Assembly (NCBI GenBank): GCA_013202585.1
Contig: JABMPQ010000038.1
Coordinates: 1 to 53,391 of the forward strand
DNA length: 53,391 nt
Source of the DNA: Parcubacteria group bacterium
GTDB lineage: Bacteria; Patescibacteriota; JABMPQ01
Direction: 5' to 3'
The stretch's first letter is position 1, and each line of letters starts with the position of its first letter. A program made the translations under genes and the position numbers. The notes under the pieces are model-generated. The model searched no databases. It saw only the letters and a program-made list of their open reading frames with translations, and was not told the origin of the DNA. This document shows positions 18,201 to 28,950 of this stretch, in pieces.

Positions 18201-19009
18201 GGAACTTGCTTACTCTCAGATTCCAACTGCTTGGCCAATTTTTCCAAATCTATTTCTTCCAATAATTTCCGAATGGTTTCAGCACCAATGCCAGCCTGGA
18301 AAACTTGTCCATATTTTAGAGAAAGATCGCGATATTCTAGCTCAGAAATAATACTCATTTTCTTCAAATTCTTCAAAACAGATTTTTCTTGCTTGAAAAC
18401 TTTTTCCAGTTCAGCTATCTCTTTTTCTTGGTTCTTGTTAATCCGCGAAACATCGTCCTTGCCTGATTTACCTTTAGCCCCCTCTTTGGCACGAAGCTCA
18501 TTAATAAGATCTTTATATTTTTTATTAATACTCTTCTTTTTGGATTTATATTCACCGTCTAATGATTCCAGCGCTTGAGCCTTAGCATCCTCGTCCACAT
18601 TAGTAATGATATAATCAGCAAAATAGATAACTCGTTCTAATTTTTGGAAGGATAAATCTAATAATAAGCCAATCTTGGATGGTACTCCACGCAAAAACCA
18701 GATGTGTGAAACAGGAGCAGCTAGAGCAATATGTCCCATGCGATCACGCCGGACAATTGAACGAGTTACTTCCACCCCACACTTATCGCAGACCACTCCT
18801 TTATAACGAATACGCTTGTATTTACCACAATAGCATTCCCAATCCTTAGTCGGTCCAAAAATCTTCTCGCAAAACAAGCCGTCCTTTTCCGGACGCTGTG
18901 TGCGATAGTTAATCGTTTCGGGCTTTTTCACCTCACCATGAGACCAACCGAGAACAGTATCAGGTGACGCTAGACGTAATTTTATGGCTTTGAAGTCAGA
19001 TAAAATCAT
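15203..19009 (-). CDS. rpoC: DNA-directed RNA polymerase subunit beta'
   Basis: Zn-finger [15 protein letters not shown], catalytic [20 protein letters not shown] and SAASFQET. Confidence 0.99.
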   Translation of the reverse strand: MILSDFKAIKLRLASPDTVLGWSHGEVKKPETINYRTQRPEKDGLFCEKIFGPTKDWECYCGKYKRIRYKGVVCDKCGVEVTRSIVRRDRMGHIALAAPVSHIWFLRGVPSKIGLLLDLSFQKLERVIYFADYIITNVDEDAKAQALESLDGEYKSKKKSINKKYKDLINELRAKEGAKGKSGKDDVSRINKNQEKEIAELEKVFKQEKSVLKNLKKMSIISELEYRDLSLKYGQVFQAGIGAETIRKLLEEIDLEKLAKQLESESKQVPASQSKKIKRRVNLLQGMIRAQIKPEWMMVTVVPVLPPDLRPMVQLDGGRFAASDLNDLYRRVINRNNRLKRLIELDAPEVIRRNEKRMLQEAVDALIDNSARHGNAAAASTGKKRPLKSLADMLKGKQGRFRQNLLGKRVDYSGRSVIVVGPNLGLHECGIPKIMALELFKPFVINKLITNELAYNVRSATRLIEEGKEEIWDMLEEVIHDHRILLNRAPTLHRLSIQAFQPRLIEGKAIQIHPMVCAAFNADFDGDQMAAHVPITPMARKEAKELMAAESNLLKPATGVPSTTASQDIVLGCYYMTNIKPGMTGEGKYFTDIEETLLAYQNKQVDIRAKIKVRINGDIIETCVGRVIFNRILPKEMWFINKTLDKKSVTKIISQCLEEFGQERTVEFIDNLKNIGFKYLTKSGLSWSMDDLHVPLEKPALMKKAGAQVEEVRQQYKSGLLTDEERYRKIIEIWSKIKDEITEVAVGALDKYGPVYMMVESGARGSWPQIVQMSGMRGLMAAPSGKTIELPVKNSFKEGLGVLEYFISTHGARKGLSDTALRTANAGYLTRRLIDVSQDIVITKIDCGDKGGIEVNRQDSEDMSKDFFSRLIGRTALVDIVLNNKKLVAKDEVIDRHVAEKIGKSDLDNIKIRSMLTCNLSKGVCQKCYGWDLAQNAPVGIGEAVGIIAAQSIGEPGTQLTMRTFHTGGVAGEDDITQGLPRVEELFEARGIKKPAVIADIDGLVHIEEGKDQKILRLVSTEVKKDNYDVAGGKTKAKNGDRVEKDAVLAQDSKGKDIKAKKAGFVKIEGDKLSVVHEGGDEKEYELPSNTVLWVEKGEVVAKGQQLTEGTLDLQYLFQVGGRERVQKYILKETQFIYSSQGQDVNDKHIEIIIRQMLSRVRIVNPGDSDLLVGSIEDRVRFDATRDELKKKGKRPPEATELLLGVTKASLTTPSFLSAASFQETSRVLIDASIVGKTDKLRGLKENVIIGKLIPSGTGYREGKGIAA

Positions 19010-19057
19010 GGAAATTAATTTAAAATTGAAAATGTAAAATTAAAAACTGTAGGAAAT

Positions 19058-22000
19058 CTAGCCTTTCCTATTATCCTTGTCCTTACCTTTACTATAATCT
19101 TCACTGGTTTCACTGCCGATTAGATCAACATCTAGAACGAGACTTTTAAGCTCTTTCACCAAAACACCAAATGACTCTGGGATATTCGGCTTTCTAATAT
19201 TATCGCCCTTAATAATTGCTTCATATGTCTTCGAACGTCCCAAAACATCATCTGACTTGATAGTTAGCATTTCTTGCAATGTATGAGCTGCGCCGTAAGC
19301 TTCCAGAGCCCATACCTCCATCTCCCCAAAACGCTGACCGCCAAACTGAGCTTTACCGCCCAAAGGCTGCTGGGTAATCAACGAGTAAGGACCAATAGAG
19401 CGTTGGTGAATCTTGTCTTCTACTAAGTGATACAACTTCAAGACATACATGATACCAACTGTTGTTTGTTCGAGAAATTTCTCCCCGCTTTTACCATCGT
19501 ACAATTGCACTTGGCCATTTTCGGGAATACCGGCTTTAACCAGCTCCTGTTTAATCACCTCTTCGGGAATACCATCTAAGGCCGGAGTAGCCACTGTATA
19601 GCCGAGACGCTGGACAGCCCAGCCTAGGTGAGTTTCCAGAATCTGTCCCAGGTTCATACGAGAGGCCACGCCCAGAGGATTTAAAACAACATCAACTGGC
19701 GTGCCATCTTCCAAGTGAGGCATGTCTTCGGCTGGCACTACTTTAGAAATAACTCCTTTATTTCCGTGGCGGCCAGCTAGTTTATCACCTACCTGAATTT
19801 TACGCATTTGGGCAATAGAAACTTGAATAGTTTTAATAACACCCGTCGGCAACTTGTCGCCTGCCTCTCGGGAAAATATTTTTATGTCGACTACTTTACC
19901 CTGCTCACCATGCTCTAAATAAAGAGAAGAGTCTTTAACGTCGCGGGCTTTTTCGCCAAAGATAGCGCGCAGTAATCTTTCCTCAGCCGTTAATTCTGTC
20001 TCACCTTTAGGCGTAATTTTACCTACTAAAATATCACCCGATGATACTTCGGCGCCCAAACGGATAATGCCTTCTTCGTCTAAGTCTTTAAGTTTTTCCT
20101 CACCCACATTAGGAATATCGCGAGTGACGACTTCCGCACCAAGCTTAGTATCGCGGACATCAATGGCAAAATCTTCAATATGAATAGAGGTATAACGGTC
20201 GTCGCGTACTATCCGATCGGAAATAAGGATAGCATCTTCAAAGTTACCTCCGTGCCAAGACATGAAAGCCACTAAGACATTCTGACCGAGAGCCAGTTCA
20301 CCGTTGTCAGTAGCTGGTCCATCAGCAATCACTTCGCCTTTTTTCAATTTCTGCCCAATGTCTACTATCGGATGCTGATTAATACAAGTAGAAGTATTAG
20401 ATCGGAGATAATTATGCAATTTATAATTATCGACTCCTCCCTTATTATTTCTAATATCAATGTGATCACCATCAACTGCAATTACCTCGCCAGCTTCTTT
20501 GGCAGTTACAACCGCTCCGGAATCGATGGCCACCCGACTCTCTACTCCGGTACCAACTACCGGCGCCTGTGGTTTAACACAGGGGACAGCCTGCCGTTGC
20601 ATATTAGTACCCATCAAAGCTCGATTAGCATCATCGTTCTCTAAGAAAGGAATCAGGGAAGTGGCCACACTAATAATTTGCCGCGGGGAAACATCTAAAT
20701 ATTCGATTTTGCCAGTAGCTTCCATTGACGGTTCACCTTTCACCCGTACCTCTGCTCGATTATTAACAAAAAAGCCATCTTCACCGATCGGGGTAGTGGC
20801 GGGAGAAGTGACTGCTCGTTCTTCCTCAAAAGCATCTAAATAAACAATTTCATCAGTCACACGGGATTTTATTCGTATATCTTTAATGTCAAGCTTCTTT
20901 AATTTGCTAATATCACTCTGTTTGATAACATCACCTTCTTTAATGATGACCTTTTTCCCTTTAACATCTTTAATATCTTTGTAACTAATCTCACCAACTG
21001 CTTTATCAAGTTTATTTTTACTAATAGCTCGTAACACCTTGCGATAGGGAGTTTCAACAAAACCATATTCATTAATTCGTGCGTAAGAGGCAAGATGACC
21101 CACTAAACCAATATTAGGACCTTCCGAAGTAGCGATCGGACAAACTCGACCATAATGAGAAGAGTGAACATCACGGACATCAAAGCCAGCTCGTTCTCGC
21201 GATAGACCACCTGGCCCCATGGCTGATACTCGTCGCTTATGTTCTAGCTCGGATAAAGGATTAGTCTGATCCATGAACTGAGAAAGCTGTGAGGACATAA
21301 AAAATTCGCGAATTGAAGCGATAATTGGTCGCGCATTCACTAACTGGGTCGGGGTCATTGTTTCAATGTCAGCCGTACTCATCCGATCACGAGCAATCCG
21401 CACCATCCGAGTTAAGCCAACTCGCATTTTATTCTGCGCTAGCTCTCCCACTGCCCGCAAGCGCCGATTACCAAGATGATCAATGTCATCAGGTACTCCA
21501 GTAACAACATTAAGACGAATAATCTCCTTCATAATTGCCACCAAGTCTTCCCGCCGGAAAACACGATTCTTTTTATCAATCGGCACATCCATCCCCAAAC
21601 GCTGGTTAGCCTTGAAACGACCAACTTTGCCAAAATCGTAGCGGTCAAAATCAAAAAACATCGCTTCAATTAGTGAGCGAGCATTATCAGCCGTAGCTAA
21701 GTCACCCGGTCGAATTCGCTTGTAAACTTCAATTAACCCTTCATCTTGTGTTTTGGCGTCATCTTTTTCTAGGGTATTAGCAATGAATTTTTTATCCGGC
21801 AGAGTATCAACGTCGGCGAACATCTTCTTGATTTCTTCATCAGAGCCCAAACCAAACGCTTTCATTAAGGAAGTAGCAGCCACTTTACGTTTACGATCAA
21901 TTTTGACACTGATTACACCCTTAAGATCAGTTTCAAATTCCAACCAAGCACCACGGTTAGGAATTACCTTAGCGCCAAACAACTGTTCTCCTTTATTTAC

Positions 22001-22435
22001 ATTAGAAGTAAAAATAACACCCGGCGAACGAATCAGTTGACTAACTACTACTCTTTCCACTCCATTAACTATAAAAGTGCCTCGGTCAGTCATTAACGGA
22101 AATTCACCAAGATATATTTCCTGCTCTTTTAACTCGCCGGTCTCTTTATTAACTAACTGGACTTTGGCTTTGACGGCTGCTTCGTAGGTGGCGTTCTTAG
22201 ACTTGGACATCTCTTCGTCCATTTTCGGTTCGTCAATGATGAAGTCAGTGAAATTGAGTTCCAGCTTTTTTTCGGAAAAATCACGAACGGGAGAGATTTC
22301 AGCAAATAGCTCCATAATTCCTTCGCGTAAAAACCACTCGTAGGAATCAATTTGGATTTCGGTCAAAGGAGGTAAGTCAATGATCTCATGGCGCTGGGAG
22401 AAAAATTTACGAGGTAAACGTTTAGTAGAGGACAT
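19058..22435 (-). CDS. rpoB: DNA-directed RNA polymerase subunit beta
   Basis: [30 protein letters not shown] and [17 protein letters not shown]. Confidence 0.99.
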   Translation of the reverse strand: MSSTKRLPRKFFSQRHEIIDLPPLTEIQIDSYEWFLREGIMELFAEISPVRDFSEKKLELNFTDFIIDEPKMDEEMSKSKNATYEAAVKAKVQLVNKETGELKEQEIYLGEFPLMTDRGTFIVNGVERVVVSQLIRSPGVIFTSNVNKGEQLFGAKVIPNRGAWLEFETDLKGVISVKIDRKRKVAATSLMKAFGLGSDEEIKKMFADVDTLPDKKFIANTLEKDDAKTQDEGLIEVYKRIRPGDLATADNARSLIEAMFFDFDRYDFGKVGRFKANQRLGMDVPIDKKNRVFRREDLVAIMKEIIRLNVVTGVPDDIDHLGNRRLRAVGELAQNKMRVGLTRMVRIARDRMSTADIETMTPTQLVNARPIIASIREFFMSSQLSQFMDQTNPLSELEHKRRVSAMGPGGLSRERAGFDVRDVHSSHYGRVCPIATSEGPNIGLVGHLASYARINEYGFVETPYRKVLRAISKNKLDKAVGEISYKDIKDVKGKKVIIKEGDVIKQSDISKLKKLDIKDIRIKSRVTDEIVYLDAFEEERAVTSPATTPIGEDGFFVNNRAEVRVKGEPSMEATGKIEYLDVSPRQIISVATSLIPFLENDDANRALMGTNMQRQAVPCVKPQAPVVGTGVESRVAIDSGAVVTAKEAGEVIAVDGDHIDIRNNKGGVDNYKLHNYLRSNTSTCINQHPIVDIGQKLKKGEVIADGPATDNGELALGQNVLVAFMSWHGGNFEDAILISDRIVRDDRYTSIHIEDFAIDVRDTKLGAEVVTRDIPNVGEEKLKDLDEEGIIRLGAEVSSGDILVGKITPKGETELTAEERLLRAIFGEKARDVKDSSLYLEHGEQGKVVDIKIFSREAGDKLPTGVIKTIQVSIAQMRKIQVGDKLAGRHGNKGVISKVVPAEDMPHLEDGTPVDVVLNPLGVASRMNLGQILETHLGWAVQRLGYTVATPALDGIPEEVIKQELVKAGIPENGQVQLYDGKSGEKFLEQTTVGIMYVLKLYHLVEDKIHQRSIGPYSLITQQPLGGKAQFGGQRFGEMEVWALEAYGAAHTLQEMLTIKSDDVLGRSKTYEAIIKGDNIRKPNIPESFGVLVKELKSLVLDVDLIGSETSEDYSKGKDKDNRKG

Positions 22436-22462
22436 TTTTTGCGTCTTAAGAAGTTATAAATT

Positions 22463-22593
22463 CAGGGGATAGTGCCCTGTTTTAAGGGACTGTTACCGAA
22501 TGTGCTTTCGCTCGGTAATAGACCCTTAAGTAACAAAATCGAGACGTAACCAAATAAAACAAAAGACTCTTTCCAGTTAAAGAATGAGTTTTT
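22463..22593 (-). promoter_or_regulatory. Structured rpoB 5' leader (about 200 nt, several hairpins)
   Basis: TTAAGGG..TTACCGA..TCGGTAA..CCCTTAA (22482-22529), CAGGG..CCCTG (22463-22479) and AAAAGACTC..GAGTTTTT (22561-22593). Confidence 0.45.
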
Positions 22594-22639
22594 GCCTACT
22601 TAGGAGGTCTTAGCCAACGTAATTAATTTTCATAAGCTT

Positions 22640-22667
22640 ATCCTAGCAGTTTTTGTTAAGGCGTCAA
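22640..22667 (-). promoter_or_regulatory. rpoB promoter (TTGACG-16-TAGGAT, TG-extended)
   Basis: Consensus-like boxes on the - strand. Confidence 0.6.
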
Positions 22668-22797
22668 GGGAATTTTGGGGATTTAGTAAGTGATCTCTTG
22701 CTGTATACATCCTGTAGACAATTTGATGCAAAATAGAACCCAAAAGGGCATAATTTCCTTATTTTAAGCCTAAAAGTGATAAAAAGGGCAAAATCTC

Positions 22798-22826
22798 TTT
22801 ACTTTTCGGCTAAAATGAGGTACATT
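22798..22826 (+). promoter_or_regulatory. Promoter (TTTACT-17-TACATT) for the 22871 gene
   Basis: Box spacing and position upstream of the SD site. Confidence 0.5.
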
Positions 22827-22870
22827 ATAGATACTCAGAACCTTGAAAAAACCAGCTTTGGAGGCTGAAA

Positions 22871-23392
22871 ATGGATAAGCTTATTGTTTGTGCGTCGTTT
22901 CTGGCTCTTTTTCTCGTCGCCTGCGGTGGTGAGATCGACACTGGTTCTGAACCAGTGTCGGAGCCCACCTCGCCCCCTCAGTACGCGACCGATCCGGACG
23001 GGGGATCCAGCCAGCCCGAGCCTGACGCCGGACCCGAATACGCGAAGTTCGGGCAACCCTGCGACGGCACAACGATCCGTTGTACCGGCAACTTTGTCTG
23101 CACCGACTACGGCTACTGCAGCTTCCAAAGTTGCAGCAGTTGCAACCAGTCGGATATGTTTCCCTGGCTGAAAGGAACTAAGACGGGCTATTGCTTGTCT
23201 AGCACTTGGCTAGGTGGGGTCTGTGGGTATACCTGCAAGGAAGAGGACTTCTATGGGAAATCCGAAACCTGGCCTTGCCCAATCGGGTTGGCCTGCAAGT
23301 ACAAACACGGCCCCTATTCGGCCTCCGGCTCGATAAAGTACCTCTGGTTCTGCATCAATCCAACCTACCCCGTTCCGTCGCCAACCTCCTGA
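22871..23392 (+). CDS. GC-rich Cys-rich lipoprotein-like orphan
   Basis: GGAGG SD, LVAC lipobox, acidic/Pro linker (PDGG, PDAG), many Cys residues, its own terminator. Confidence 0.75.
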   Translation: MDKLIVCASFLALFLVACGGEIDTGSEPVSEPTSPPQYATDPDGGSSQPEPDAGPEYAKFGQPCDGTTIRCTGNFVCTDYGYCSFQSCSSCNQSDMFPWLKGTKTGYCLSSTWLGGVCGYTCKEEDFYGKSETWPCPIGLACKYKHGPYSASGSIKYLWFCINPTYPVPSPTS

Positions 23393-23430
23393 CTCCTCTC
23401 CCGCTCCTTCGCCCTCTCTCCCCACGCCAT

Positions 23431-23459
23431 AGGTATGCAATCCGCGTACCTCTTTTTTT
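23431..23459 (+). terminator. Rho-independent terminator
   Basis: AGGTATGC..GCGTACCT stem followed by a T-run. Confidence 0.7.
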
Positions 23460-23470
23460 ACTCTCTACCC

Positions 23471-23499
23471 TTGCCTCCCGCTCGATTAAACGCTATACT
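23471..23499 (+). promoter_or_regulatory. uvrA promoter (TTGCCT-17-TATACT)
   Basis: Consensus-like boxes with 17-nt spacer. Confidence 0.6.
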
Positions 23500-23553
23500 G
23501 GATGCTAGCTGTGTTCGCTATCCCCACTTATCTAAATACCTCTAAACTCAATC

Positions 23554-26385
23554 ATGGCCAACAAAATCTCGATTAAAAACGCTCGGGTTCACAATTTAAA
23601 AAACATCAGCTTAGACATTCCTCGCGACAAACTAGTAGTTATCACTGGCCTCTCTGGTTCCGGTAAATCCTCTCTGGCTTTTGACGCTCTCTACGCTGAA
23701 GGTCAACGTCGCTACGTAGAAAGCCTCTCTACCTACGCTCGTCAATTTCTCGATGTGATGGAAAAGCCAGACGTTGAGCAAATAACCGGACTTTCGCCGA
23801 CGATTGCGATTGATCAAAAAAATGTGGCGCGTAATCCCCGTTCCACTGTTGGCACTATCACCGAAATTTATGACCACCTTCGGTTACTCTACGCTCGTCT
23901 CGGCCAGCCCCACTGCCCCCAATGCCAACAACCGGTAACCAGGCAATCCGTCAAACAGATCATTTGCCAAATTAAAAAACAAGCAGCTAACTCATCATTT
24001 TATATCCTCGCGCCTCTCATCCGCGAACAAAAAGGACAACACCGGAATATTATTACTGGTATTGCCAACGCCGGCTACTCTCACCTCCGTTTGGATGGTG
24101 TTTTTTATGACGTCAAAGAGGCAACTGATATCAAAATTGACAACCGGGAACCGCACACTATTGAAATCGTTATTAATCAATTTGATAAAGGTAAAGTTGA
24201 CGACGCTCACCTAGCTAGCATTGTAGAAACAGCTCTGGAACTCGGCAATGGACTGGTCGCTGTTCATTCAATAGAAAAAAAGGAAGATGTACTATACAGC
24301 CAATTATTTAATTGCTCGCGTTGCAATGTTAACATCTCCGAATTAGATCCCCGACACTTTTCTTTTAACAGTCCCTACGGTGCTTGTCCCAAATGTTCCG
24401 GCCTCGGCACCAAGCTCGAAGTTGATCCTGATTTGATTATTCCTAATGAAAAACTGACTTTAGCGCAAGGAGCCATCCGCCCTTGGTCTAGTTCCGCCGC
24501 TGGTCAACAGAATAAATATCTGGATATTTTAGAAGCGCTGACTGATAAGTATGACTTTTCCTTGCATACTATGGTAAAGGATCTGGCGCCAGCTGATTTG
24601 GAAAAGATATTATCCGGCACTAAAAAAGAAACTATCAAGGTGCGCGACGAGTCCGGTCAAGAAAAATCAATCAAATTTAAGGGGGTGCTACAAGATTTGG
24701 CTGATCAGTACCGCCAGACAGATTCCGACTACATTCGCAGTGAAATTGAACGCTACATGCGAGTCAAACAATGTCCAACTTGCCAGGGCAAAAGATTAAA
24801 TGAAATTGCTTTAGGAGTCACGGTCGCCGGACAGACTATTGATTCCATTACTAGCCTAACTATTGCTAAAGCCTTAACTTTTTTTAAACAACTTCCCCAC
24901 ACTAAACAATTTACAGCCAGAGAAAAAAAGATCACCAGCCAAATTTTTCAGGAAATTATCAGTCGATTAAATTTTCTCCAAGATGTGGGTTTGGAATATC
25001 TGACTCTTGACCGAGGAGCAAACTCACTAGCAGGTGGCGAAGCGCAAAGAATCAAATTAGCTACCCAAATTGGCCTGGGCTTGGTCGGTATTATTTACGT
25101 TCTCGATGAGCCTTCGATTGGCTTACACCAAAGAGATGTGGCTAAACTCATTTCCACTTTGAAAGAACTACGCGACCTCCATAATTCAGTGATTGTCGTT
25201 GAACACGACACTAGCACTATCTTGGCGGCTGATCACGTTATTGATATTGGCCCCGGAGCTGGGAAATACGGCGGCGAGGTTATTTTTACCGGCACTCCTA
25301 GCCAGTTGAAAAAACACTCTAAATCGCTGACTGGTCAGTATCTAGCCGCTAAGAAAAAAATAGCTGTCCCTAGTAAGCATCGTCCGGGCAATGACAAAAA
25401 AATCACCATTAAAAAGGCAGCGGAATATAATTTAAAAGATGTTACTGTTGACATCCCCTTAGCTAAGCTGGTCTGTGTCACCGGTGTCTCCGGTTCTGGC
25501 AAAAGTACTCTGATCGATGATGTTCTGGGACGGGCTTTATCACACAAATTCCACCGCGCTAAGGCTCTGCCTGGTAAACACGAGAGCATTACTGGCCTGG
25601 AACACATCAACAAAGTCGTTCGCATCGACCAGTCACCTATTGGCCGCACTCCCCGCTCTAACCCCGCCACTTATACTGGAATGTTCAATTATATCCGCGA
25701 TCTTTTTGCCCAGACTCCCGAAGCAAAGATGCATGGCTACAAAGCGGGCAAATTCAGCTTTAACGTTAGAGGAGGACGCTGTGAGGCCTGTCAAGGAGAT
25801 GGTTTTGTTAAAATCGACATGAACTTCCTGGCTGATGTCTATGTAGAATGTGACGAGTGTCATGGCAAGCGCTACGGTCAAGAGACTCTGGAAATTCACT
25901 ACAGAGGCAAAAACATCGCTGAGGTTTTGGCAATGACAATTAACGAAGCGCTTACCTTCTTTAGCACTACCCCATCTATCAAGCAGAAGCTTAAAACGCT
26001 ACAAAATGTGGGACTGGGTTATCTCCAGCTTGGTCAACCAGCTACCACTCTCTCCGGTGGGGAAGCGCAAAGGATTAAGTTGGCTACCGAGCTTTCTCGT
26101 CGGGCTACTGGTAAAACGCTTTATATCCTCGATGAGCCTACAACTGGCCTACATTTCGATGATATCAAAAAACTACTGGGTGTACTCAATAAGTTAGTCG
26201 ACGCCAGTAACACTGTCTTGGTAATTGAGCATAATCTCGACGTTATTAAGTGTGCTGATTGGGTAATTGACCTGGGGCCAGAAGGAGGCGCCAAGGGTGG
26301 TTACGTGGTAGCGGAAGGGACGCCCCGCGAAATTACTAAATGCGAAAAATCGTATACGGGGAAATATCTTAAAAAGTGTCTGTAA
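23554..26385 (+). CDS. uvrA: Excinuclease ABC subunit A
   Basis: Two ABC domains ([24 protein letters not shown]) and Zn fingers. Confidence 0.98.
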   Translation: MANKISIKNARVHNLKNISLDIPRDKLVVITGLSGSGKSSLAFDALYAEGQRRYVESLSTYARQFLDVMEKPDVEQITGLSPTIAIDQKNVARNPRSTVGTITEIYDHLRLLYARLGQPHCPQCQQPVTRQSVKQIICQIKKQAANSSFYILAPLIREQKGQHRNIITGIANAGYSHLRLDGVFYDVKEATDIKIDNREPHTIEIVINQFDKGKVDDAHLASIVETALELGNGLVAVHSIEKKEDVLYSQLFNCSRCNVNISELDPRHFSFNSPYGACPKCSGLGTKLEVDPDLIIPNEKLTLAQGAIRPWSSSAAGQQNKYLDILEALTDKYDFSLHTMVKDLAPADLEKILSGTKKETIKVRDESGQEKSIKFKGVLQDLADQYRQTDSDYIRSEIERYMRVKQCPTCQGKRLNEIALGVTVAGQTIDSITSLTIAKALTFFKQLPHTKQFTAREKKITSQIFQEIISRLNFLQDVGLEYLTLDRGANSLAGGEAQRIKLATQIGLGLVGIIYVLDEPSIGLHQRDVAKLISTLKELRDLHNSVIVVEHDTSTILAADHVIDIGPGAGKYGGEVIFTGTPSQLKKHSKSLTGQYLAAKKKIAVPSKHRPGNDKKITIKKAAEYNLKDVTVDIPLAKLVCVTGVSGSGKSTLIDDVLGRALSHKFHRAKALPGKHESITGLEHINKVVRIDQSPIGRTPRSNPATYTGMFNYIRDLFAQTPEAKMHGYKAGKFSFNVRGGRCEACQGDGFVKIDMNFLADVYVECDECHGKRYGQETLEIHYRGKNIAEVLAMTINEALTFFSTTPSIKQKLKTLQNVGLGYLQLGQPATTLSGGEAQRIKLATELSRRATGKTLYILDEPTTGLHFDDIKKLLGVLNKLVDASNTVLVIEHNLDVIKCADWVIDLGPEGGAKGGYVVAEGTPREITKCEKSYTGKYLKKCL

Positions 26386-26388
26386 AAC

Positions 26389-27384
26389 ATGGCTGGGTTA
26401 GCTAGTATGGACAACCAAGCTGATTTAGAAAAGGCGATTCTGTCAACGATTGTCTATTTTGATATGTTCGATTATCCGCTGACGGCGACGGAGATTTGGC
26501 AGGGGTTGTATTGGGAGATGAGAGATGGAAGATCTAAGATTTTAGATTATTCAATTGCAGATATTATAGAATGCTTGGAAAATAGTAACAAAATAAAAAG
26601 TCTGGCCGATAATAAAAACGGCTTCTATTTTCGGCGCGGGCGAGAGGAGATAATCCAAACTAGGCACCAACGATATCTGATCGGTCAGTCCAAGTGGCAA
26701 CGGGCGCAACGAATAACTAAGACATTACGCCTCGTGCCCTTTATACGCATGATCGCTGTTTGTAATAAAATTGCTTACAACAACGCCGGCGATGACAGTG
26801 ACATTGATCTCTTTATTATTATCAAGCCTGGCCGAATTTGGACAACTAGAACGTTAGTTACTATTATTACTGGTTTACTTGGAGTTAGACGGCACGGTCG
26901 CAAAATAAAAGACCGAGTGTGCTTGAGCTTTTATATCACGGGGAAGGCGATGAATTTGGAAAAATTATCGGCGACCAAGCCGGACACGCATTTTATGTAC
27001 TGGATAACCCAGATCGCCCCTATTTTTAGCCTAAATGAGACTGCTACGGCTTTTTGGCAAGCTAATAAGTGGATTAAAAACCATCTACCTAACTTTACTT
27101 CTTACCAGGGGGTTGACTACCAACGTCAGATTATTGATAGCCAGCTGACAAGCTTCGTGCGCCAGACAGCAGAAAAAATACTATCCGGTGGCCTAGGAAA
27201 TATTATCGAGCGTAAACTAAAAAAACTCCAACTAAAAAAAATGAGCGCTAAAACCAATAGCGCTCGTTGGAAAAATAATACCAATGTGGTTGTATCAGAT
27301 AATATTTTGAAATTTCACGAGCGGGATGCACGGATGGAATTGCGACGGGAATTTTTAACTAGACTGAAAGACATTTACGGCTAG
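26389..27384 (+). CDS. Hypothetical protein with a Pol-beta-like nucleotidyltransferase motif (possible start 26407)
   Basis: 'FIRMIAVCNKIAYNNAGDDSDIDLFII' has the DxD motif but N-K replaces the usual GS; N-terminal 'YFD.FDYPLT..EI'. Confidence 0.55.
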   Translation: MAGLASMDNQADLEKAILSTIVYFDMFDYPLTATEIWQGLYWEMRDGRSKILDYSIADIIECLENSNKIKSLADNKNGFYFRRGREEIIQTRHQRYLIGQSKWQRAQRITKTLRLVPFIRMIAVCNKIAYNNAGDDSDIDLFIIIKPGRIWTTRTLVTIITGLLGVRRHGRKIKDRVCLSFYITGKAMNLEKLSATKPDTHFMYWITQIAPIFSLNETATAFWQANKWIKNHLPNFTSYQGVDYQRQIIDSQLTSFVRQTAEKILSGGLGNIIERKLKKLQLKKMSAKTNSARWKNNTNVVVSDNILKFHERDARMELRREFLTRLKDIYG

Positions 27385-28853
27385 GCTGCTACTGCTTCAA
27401 GCTCTGCCTCCGGTAGAGAATGAAATGCGACTACGGTAATATCATCATCGTGTGAGCGAGAATCGCCTTCATTTTGAGCAACTTTATAGGCTGCTTCGGC
27501 TATTTTGCGCGGCAATTCTTCGGTGTCTGGCGTATTCGATACTATCTCAAGAACCTGAGCTTGACTAAGATTATCTCGGCCGTCAGTACTGATCAAATAA
27601 ATGTCACCATCCTTAATTTCTTCATCAAAAAAGTGGGGTTGAACTCTATAATCCATCTCTATTGTCCCATCCTCTTTTTTAGTGGCAACACCCTCCCCAT
27701 CTAATGCTTTAGTAGCGGCGGCACTAAGATCCTTTACGCGTTCCGGACTTTTACCACCGAGCATGCTCTTTAGGGGCTCCATCTGAAACCTGTCGCCCTC
27801 ATAAAGCCATTGGAGTACTTCTGGCGGTAAGGCATCTTCCGGATTATCTTCATTAACTTCAGAGATAGGAGGTTTGCCAGCAGCAACTCTTTCTTTGTTA
27901 ACATATCCCACGATAGATCTAATAAGTGTGTCTTTTTCGGTGGTGAGCTCCCTAATCTGCCCTTCTCTGACGAGATCTCCTCTGCTATCACCGATAGAAG
28001 CTCCTAATATGTGCCTCTTTCCATCTGTACCACGATATTCGTGCGCCATGACGGCAGTGGTTTTCATACCTTGCATTGTATCCTTCATTTTATTTTCGGC
28101 ACGCATCTTGGCTATCTTGGCTTCGGCTTCTTTTTTCATCCTTGCTCCTTCTGTCTGTATTTTTTGCTCTGCTTCTTGTTGAGCTCTAGCATAAGACTCT
28201 CGAAAAGCAGCCATTCTTTTTTCACCAGCAGTTCCACTAGCTTTTTTTTGTACATCACTAGCTAGATCCTTAATTCTATCAACATAAGCTTTCTCAGTCT
28301 TAATCATTTTGTTGTATCTCTCATTGACCAAAACCATCTCTCTGGTAATTTCATCCTCAATCCTGGCTGTCTCTTCTTTTCTACTATTATCTATGGCCTT
28401 ATTCGCACCAGCCATAGCTGCTAGCAAAGCTTTTTCTACTTCTTCCCGCGAAGAGTTTACAGTAATCCCTTTTTGTTCCATCTCTGAGCGAAAAGATTCG
28501 GTTGTCAAAAAACTAGCGATATCACCGCCACCGTGACTACCCATGCCATCAGCCACACAAACACTACCATTGCCATTAAAGAAAGAGTCTTCATTTCTTT
28601 CATGTTTAGCAGACGCTATCGAATGACCTTCTACTGCCGGACCCAGTTTCTCCTTTTCTTGACCAACGTCCTTGTTGTCTCTTATTGTTTCATCTTCTCG
28701 AGAAGGCAGAGTATTATCAACGACCAGCCTGGGTTTTTCCCAAATTTTGGTTTTATCGGGATCTTCTTGTTGCGGACTTTCCTGCCCTGGATTCCACCGC
28801 ACTCTAGTGGGTCCATCATCATATTTTTCTTTGACCCGAGATACTTCTGGCAT
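27381..28853 (-). CDS. PP2C-family Ser/Thr phosphatase with a large coiled-coil insertion
   Basis: RNEDSF, VADGMGSHGGG..AS, GMKTT, IGDSR, ISTDG and DDDITVV motifs; ATG 28853 lies downstream of the promoter. Confidence 0.85.
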   Translation of the reverse strand: MPEVSRVKEKYDDGPTRVRWNPGQESPQQEDPDKTKIWEKPRLVVDNTLPSREDETIRDNKDVGQEKEKLGPAVEGHSIASAKHERNEDSFFNGNGSVCVADGMGSHGGGDIASFLTTESFRSEMEQKGITVNSSREEVEKALLAAMAGANKAIDNSRKEETARIEDEITREMVLVNERYNKMIKTEKAYVDRIKDLASDVQKKASGTAGEKRMAAFRESYARAQQEAEQKIQTEGARMKKEAEAKIAKMRAENKMKDTMQGMKTTAVMAHEYRGTDGKRHILGASIGDSRGDLVREGQIRELTTEKDTLIRSIVGYVNKERVAAGKPPISEVNEDNPEDALPPEVLQWLYEGDRFQMEPLKSMLGGKSPERVKDLSAAATKALDGEGVATKKEDGTIEMDYRVQPHFFDEEIKDGDIYLISTDGRDNLSQAQVLEIVSNTPDTEELPRKIAEAAYKVAQNEGDSRSHDDDITVVAFHSLPEAELEAVAA

Positions 28854-28882
28854 ATTATATGTATTATAATTACTATGTCTCC

Positions 28883-28911
28883 ATTCTATCACATATTCTT
28901 AGAAAAGTCAA
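28883..28911 (-). promoter_or_regulatory. Promoter (TTGACT-17-TAGAAT, TG-extended) for the PP2C gene
   Basis: Near-consensus boxes. Confidence 0.65.
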
Positions 28912-28950
28912 GGTTGCCGTCTTTTCTGACGTACCAAAGCGGTAATCTAC

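Noticed and set aside
23500..23553. LexA/SOS box upstream of uvrA
   Set aside because: Only a GTTCG half-site is present; there is no GAAC-N4-GTTC or CTGT-N8-ACAG palindrome.
15203..26385. Inteins, introns or frameshifts in rpoC, rpoB or uvrA; alternative genetic code
   Set aside because: The ORFs are continuous, of expected size and lack intein motifs. TGA acts as a stop (e.g. 5104-5106, 23390-23392), consistent with code 11.
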